Assembly: GCA_030765505.1 (NCBI GenBank)
Contig: JAVCCL010000020.1
Span: forward strand, 28,538 to 92,537
DNA from: Candidatus Kaelpia imicola
GTDB lineage: Bacteria; Omnitrophota; Gorgyraeia; Kaelpiales; Kaelpiaceae
DNA length: 64,000 nt
Direction: 5' to 3'
Position 1 is the first letter of the stretch. Each line of letters starts with the position of its first letter. Under the pieces are notes generated by a model that searched no databases, had not been told where the DNA came from, and was given only the letters and a program-made list of their open reading frames with translations. Positions 60,388 through 64,000 of this stretch are shown in pieces. The translations under genes and the position numbers were made by a program.

Positions 60388-63300
60388 ATGTTTTATATTA
60401 TTTCATTTTTACTGGTAAGCATTGGCATAACAGCTCTTCCGCTTATTGAAGGAGTGGGCTCCAGCCTGATTCTTGCAGGTTCTATTTTTACTTTTGGTTT
60501 CGTGTTGACGCAGCTGATTAAAAAATTCCACTTTTCAAAAAATGTTGCCAGAGCGTTACTCTTTATTGCCTTAATTATTGGGGTTGGAGCATTCTTTACT
60601 TCAGGTAATTCCGGAGAGTGGGCAATTGTATGGCTGATATGGTATCTTATCCTCTCTTTTCAGGTTATAAGCATCTTTAGCTCTAAAGATGTTAAGGGTT
60701 GGTTTAGCTCTTATCTTTTGAGTTTTATTCAGCTTTCTCTGGGCGGCATTTTTACAGAGAAGCTACTTTTCTTGGTCATCTTCTCTCTTTACCTGGCTTT
60801 ATCAGTATTCGGTTTCATTTTTTTGCTTCCTAAAATAGAGATACGGGACAAAATTTTAAAATTGATAAAACCCCGCTTAGATTTAGCAAAATGGGGTGCC
60901 TTAACAACCGTCAATGTCTTTTTTATAACAGGGTTAGTTTTTCTCATCTTGCCGAGGACTCAAAGCCCACTCTTTGCAGTTAAAAAAGAGATACATCTTG
61001 TTGAGAAGTTAAAAAAAGAAGTTGATTTTACAGAGGAGATGACAGAAGAAGAAGCTGTGAGCCTACCTGAGGAGATTGAGCTGGGAACTATATCCGAATT
61101 AAAAAATGAAAATAAGATGTTGATGTTGATAGAGACGGAGAGACCGTTTCTTTTTAGAGCCCAGGCTTTCAATTATTACGATGGCAGCAGTTGGATTAAA
61201 TACGGCAGTAAGTCCGTAACCATCAAAGTAAAAGATAATAAGATTAATTTTAAACCGCTCTATCTGAGAAAAGAACTCTTTGTTAAAACGACACCTGACA
61301 AGTTTTACCATCAAAAGTTTTATATTAAGAACTATTCTCAAAATCTTATTCTAAGCTCTTACCCTATTATAGGTCTATCTGGTTCAGATGTAGAAAAGAT
61401 TAAGATAGACCATTTTGAAAATATTTATTTACAGAGAAAACTTAAGTTTGGAGATGAATATGAGGTAATCTCTGTTGATAAGAGCTATCCTTCTAATTAT
61501 CTGAGGTCGCTGCCGAGGAAGTACCCCAGAGAGATTATGGATCTATACCTTCAGCTTCCGCCCAATATAGATAAAAGATTGATGGATTTGACTTCTAAGA
61601 TTTTAAAATATACACCCACCAATATTTACGATGAATTGATAACTCTTAGGAAATATTTGAAAGAGCATTGTATCTATAGTCGGTTAAATACCGGCAAAAG
61701 CCCGACGCTGTATGAATTCCTCTTTGATAAAAAGCCTGGTGATTGCGAGTATTTTGCAACAGCTTTGGCTTTAATGCTGCGTTATCGTAATATTCCTACG
61801 CGTTTTGTCATAGGGTTCTCAGGGGGGGAGTTTGATTCTCAGAAGAGAACCTCTATTATTTATGCAAAGAATGCTCATGCTTGGATAGAGGTTTTCTTCC
61901 CTACTATAGGATGGTTGCCCTGCGATGCAACCCCTAAGGCTCTTCTTCAAGAGCAGTGGGAAGAAGCCCCTAAGATGTTAGCCTTAAAACCTCAAGATTA
62001 TCCAGAGGATAGAGGATTTGCTGGCGAAAGCGGCAGCGGTGAGACGGCTGATTCAAAGCAGAGCTTAGAGAGGCAGGAGATTGCCGGGGAGGGTATTCCC
62101 GAGGAAGAGCTCTTGCCGCAGGATTATTATTTCAAAGATAGGTTATCTCAACATGGTTTTACTAAAGAGGAGATTGTTTTTTCAGAAGAATTTTTTGAAG
62201 AGGCGGCTACTCCTGCTGAATTAGCTGCCGAAGAAGAGGATCTATCCGGTCAAGGTTATACTGGAGATAAAGAGATAGCTACATTTGAAGAAGAGAGAGC
62301 CGAAGGCCTTTTAAGAGAGGATGAAGTAACCGAGGAGATTTTTACAGAAGAGGAGGCAGAGGAGTGGTTCTATAGAGAAGAAGGAGCGTTTAAAGAAGAG
62401 GAAGTAGAAGCAGAGACTGAATCAATAAGTGAGGATGATGTTTTTGAAGAAGTCGCTTTTTCAGAAGAAAGGGTAGAGACTGCTGTTAAAATAGAAAAGG
62501 AGCCGGCTGAAGGTGAGACTCTTGAAGAAGATTTAGCATCTTTTTATCAAGATAGTGAGGATTTAGGATTTACCGAAATAGCATCCGGGCTTGAACAGGA
62601 AGAAAAAGTTGTTGAAGAAGAAGTTTTGGAAGAAAAAAAATTAGCATCTCTGCCTAAAGAGCTTGAAGAAGGTTCAGTAAGAGTCGATTTAGAAGATGAA
62701 TTTAAAAAAGAAGATTTTGGCAAAGAGGAGGATCCTGCTGACTCTTCTTCTATTACGGAAGCTTCTTTAGAAGAAGGGATATCTGAACAAGAGTATCTTT
62801 CTGAAGAACTGTTATCTTCTGGTGATGTTGAGGTAGCGGAAAAAGACGTGCTCTCTGATGAAGGATTGACAATGGAAGACAGTGTTCCTTTGGAGCAAGA
62901 AGTGCTTCTGGATCAAGAGATTCAAGACCAAGAGATTGCTTCAGATCTATATCTGGATTCTTCTGTGTCGCCTGGAATTCCTATAACGGCTATGGACGAG
63001 GAAGAAGAGGGAGAGATTACAGAATTAATAGATGAAGAAGATGATATTATCCCTGATTTAGATATTGTCGAAGAGGAGGTTGCTTTAGAAGAGGATGTAA
63101 TATTAGAAGAACTGCCCGCTGAAGATCTGGTATCAGAAGAAGAATCATTAGAAGAGAGTGAAGAAGTTGCTTTTGAAGAAGATACAACATTGGAAGAGGA
63201 GATGGTTCAAGAGGATGATGTTTTTGAAGAAGTTTTAGAAGAGAGTGCGGAGACTATTATTAAAGAGGATGTGGTTGAGGGAGAGGTATCTGAAGAAGAG

Positions 63301-64000
63301 GATGTTTTGGGTGAAGTTGAGGTTGATAGCGAGAAAGAAGATTTAAAAATTGTTGAAGATATTGTACTAGAAGAGATAGGGGAGGCGGAAGAGTTTTTAA
63401 TTGAGGATATAGATGTTGCCCAAGAATTTACTCAAGCCGAAGAAATAATAGAAAATGATCTTCCTGAAAGAGAGATAGCTGCTTTAGATATCGGTACTGA
63501 AGTTAAAGAAGAAAAGCTCTTTGATGATATTCCCGAGATAGTTGAAGAGGAGTCTGTTCCAGAGGTATTATTGCCTGAAGATATTGAAGATAAGTTAGAA
63601 GATTCTCTGGGTAAGAATATTCTTTTTAAAGATGATTTTGAATTGATTGTTGAAGAAGATCTATCAAGGATTGAGGATGTTGCAGGAGAAGAGTTTGAGG
63701 CTGAAGATGTTTCAGTTGAAGATATGATCCCAGAAGAGGATTCAATTTCAGGTGAATTAGGCTTCTTGTTTAACATTTTAAAAGATAAGCTCAAAGAGTG
63801 GATTTTTGGATTCTCTTACTATACTCAAGCTCTAATAGTAGATTTTATTAAAGGTATATTTGTAGGTATTAAGAGTTTCATTTACGGAATAGGTGCTATC
63901 ATTTATAGTCATCTTAAAAATAATAAGACACCGTATTCTTTATCTATTGTTACATTCTTTGTGGCGTTTTTACTCTGGGCGCTGTTTAAAGAATTAATCA
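60388..64000 (+). CDS. TgpA-like membrane transglutaminase-domain protein with very long acidic insert (3' truncated, >1200 aa; absent from ORF track)
   Basis: ATG 60388, 1 nt after the DUF58 stop; several TM helices ending FLILPR; GDCEYFATA (Cys 61744), AHAWIEV (His 61876), GWLPCDATP (Asp 61924); no in-frame stop seen before the window end. Confidence 0.88.
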   Translation, partial: MFYIISFLLVSIGITALPLIEGVGSSLILAGSIFTFGFVLTQLIKKFHFSKNVARALLFIALIIGVGAFFTSGNSGEWAIVWLIWYLILSFQVISIFSSKDVKGWFSSYLLSFIQLSLGGIFTEKLLFLVIFSLYLALSVFGFIFLLPKIEIRDKILKLIKPRLDLAKWGALTTVNVFFITGLVFLILPRTQSPLFAVKKEIHLVEKLKKEVDFTEEMTEEEAVSLPEEIELGTISELKNENKMLMLIETERPFLFRAQAFNYYDGSSWIKYGSKSVTIKVKDNKINFKPLYLRKELFVKTTPDKFYHQKFYIKNYSQNLILSSYPIIGLSGSDVEKIKIDHFENIYLQRKLKFGDEYEVISVDKSYPSNYLRSLPRKYPREIMDLYLQLPPNIDKRLMDLTSKILKYTPTNIYDELITLRKYLKEHCIYSRLNTGKSPTLYEFLFDKKPGDCEYFATALALMLRYRNIPTRFVIGFSGGEFDSQKRTSIIYAKNAHAWIEVFFPTIGWLPCDATPKALLQEQWEEAPKMLALKPQDYPEDRGFAGESGSGETADSKQSLERQEIAGEGIPEEELLPQDYYFKDRLSQHGFTKEEIVFSEEFFEEAATPAELAAEEEDLSGQGYTGDKEIATFEEERAEGLLREDEVTEEIFTEEEAEEWFYREEGAFKEEEVEAETESISEDDVFEEVAFSEERVETAVKIEKEPAEGETLEEDLASFYQDSEDLGFTEIASGLEQEEKVVEEEVLEEKKLASLPKELEEGSVRVDLEDEFKKEDFGKEEDPADSSSITEASLEEGISEQEYLSEELLSSGDVEVAEKDVLSDEGLTMEDSVPLEQEVLLDQEIQDQEIASDLYLDSSVSPGIPITAMDEEEEGEITELIDEEDDIIPDLDIVEEEVALEEDVILEELPAEDLVSEEESLEESEEVAFEEDTTLEEEMVQEDDVFEEVLEESAETIIKEDVVEGEVSEEEDVLGEVEVDSEKEDLKIVEDIVLEEIGEAEEFLIEDIDVAQEFTQAEEIIENDLPEREIAALDIGTEVKEEKLFDDIPEIVEEESVPEVLLPEDIEDKLEDSLGKNILFKDDFELIVEEDLSRIEDVAGEEFEAEDVSVEDMIPEEDSISGELGFLFNILKDKLKEWIFGFSYYTQALIVDFIKGIFVGIKSFIYGIGAIIYSHLKNNKTPYSLSIVTFFVAFLLWALFKELI
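62431..63233 (+). repeat. Exact 23-nt direct repeat (EDDVFEEV) inside the acidic low-complexity region
   Basis: GAGGATGATGTTTTTGAAGAAGT at 62431-62453 and 63211-63233, 780 nt apart and in the same frame. Confidence 0.85.

Noticed and set aside
2658-63794. Numerous short alternative-frame and antisense ORFs in the track (e.g. 3998-4219, 4322-4744, 11463-11726, 27475-27807, 51511-51855, 63432-63794)
   Set aside because: They lie within well-supported genes, have no recognisable motifs, and read like shadow ORFs; 63432-63794 is the Ser-rich antisense of the Glu-rich TGase insert
1-64000. CRISPR array, IS element, prophage, rRNA or alternative genetic code
   Set aside because: No regularly spaced repeats, transposase/phage genes or rRNA-like sequence were seen; genes are full length under the standard code and end in TAA, TAG and TGA

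Overview
Gene-dense, AT-rich chromosomal window from a diderm bacterium that makes both lipid A and meso-DAP-type peptidoglycan. The LpxC-FabZ fusion, LpxI, a GnnA-like gene next to lpxB and a PVC-like hypothetical suggest a PVC-superphylum lineage such as Omnitrophota; this is inference only. In order: the 3' end of dnaB; a bamA-skp-lpxD-lpxC/fabZ-lpxA-lpxI operon; mnmG, a QueG-like Fe-S gene and birA; a sodium:solute symporter plus TonB-dependent receptor behind a promoter carrying a BirA-type operator (candidate biotin scavenging system); holB-ricT-metG-tatD/rSAM fusion-CPBP-mtnA-thiL-tsaE-tsaB-alr; ilvD-rtcB-serS; tRNA-Ser, a Cys-type THI4, tRNA-Phe and tRNA-Thr; hisHF; gnnA-like/lpxB; nuclease-trxB-trxA; a dcw cluster from mraZ to ftsA with MraZ boxes but no ftsZ, followed directly by a glycosyltransferase/WecA-like/flavoenzyme/radical SAM cassette; and a MoxR-DUF58-transglutaminase trio whose last gene is missing from the ORF track, runs off the window and carries an approximately 590-residue Glu/Asp-rich insert. 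Several operon-leading genes look leaderless. I saw no CRISPR array, IS element, prophage or rRNA. All calls come from motif recognition by eye, not database searches.
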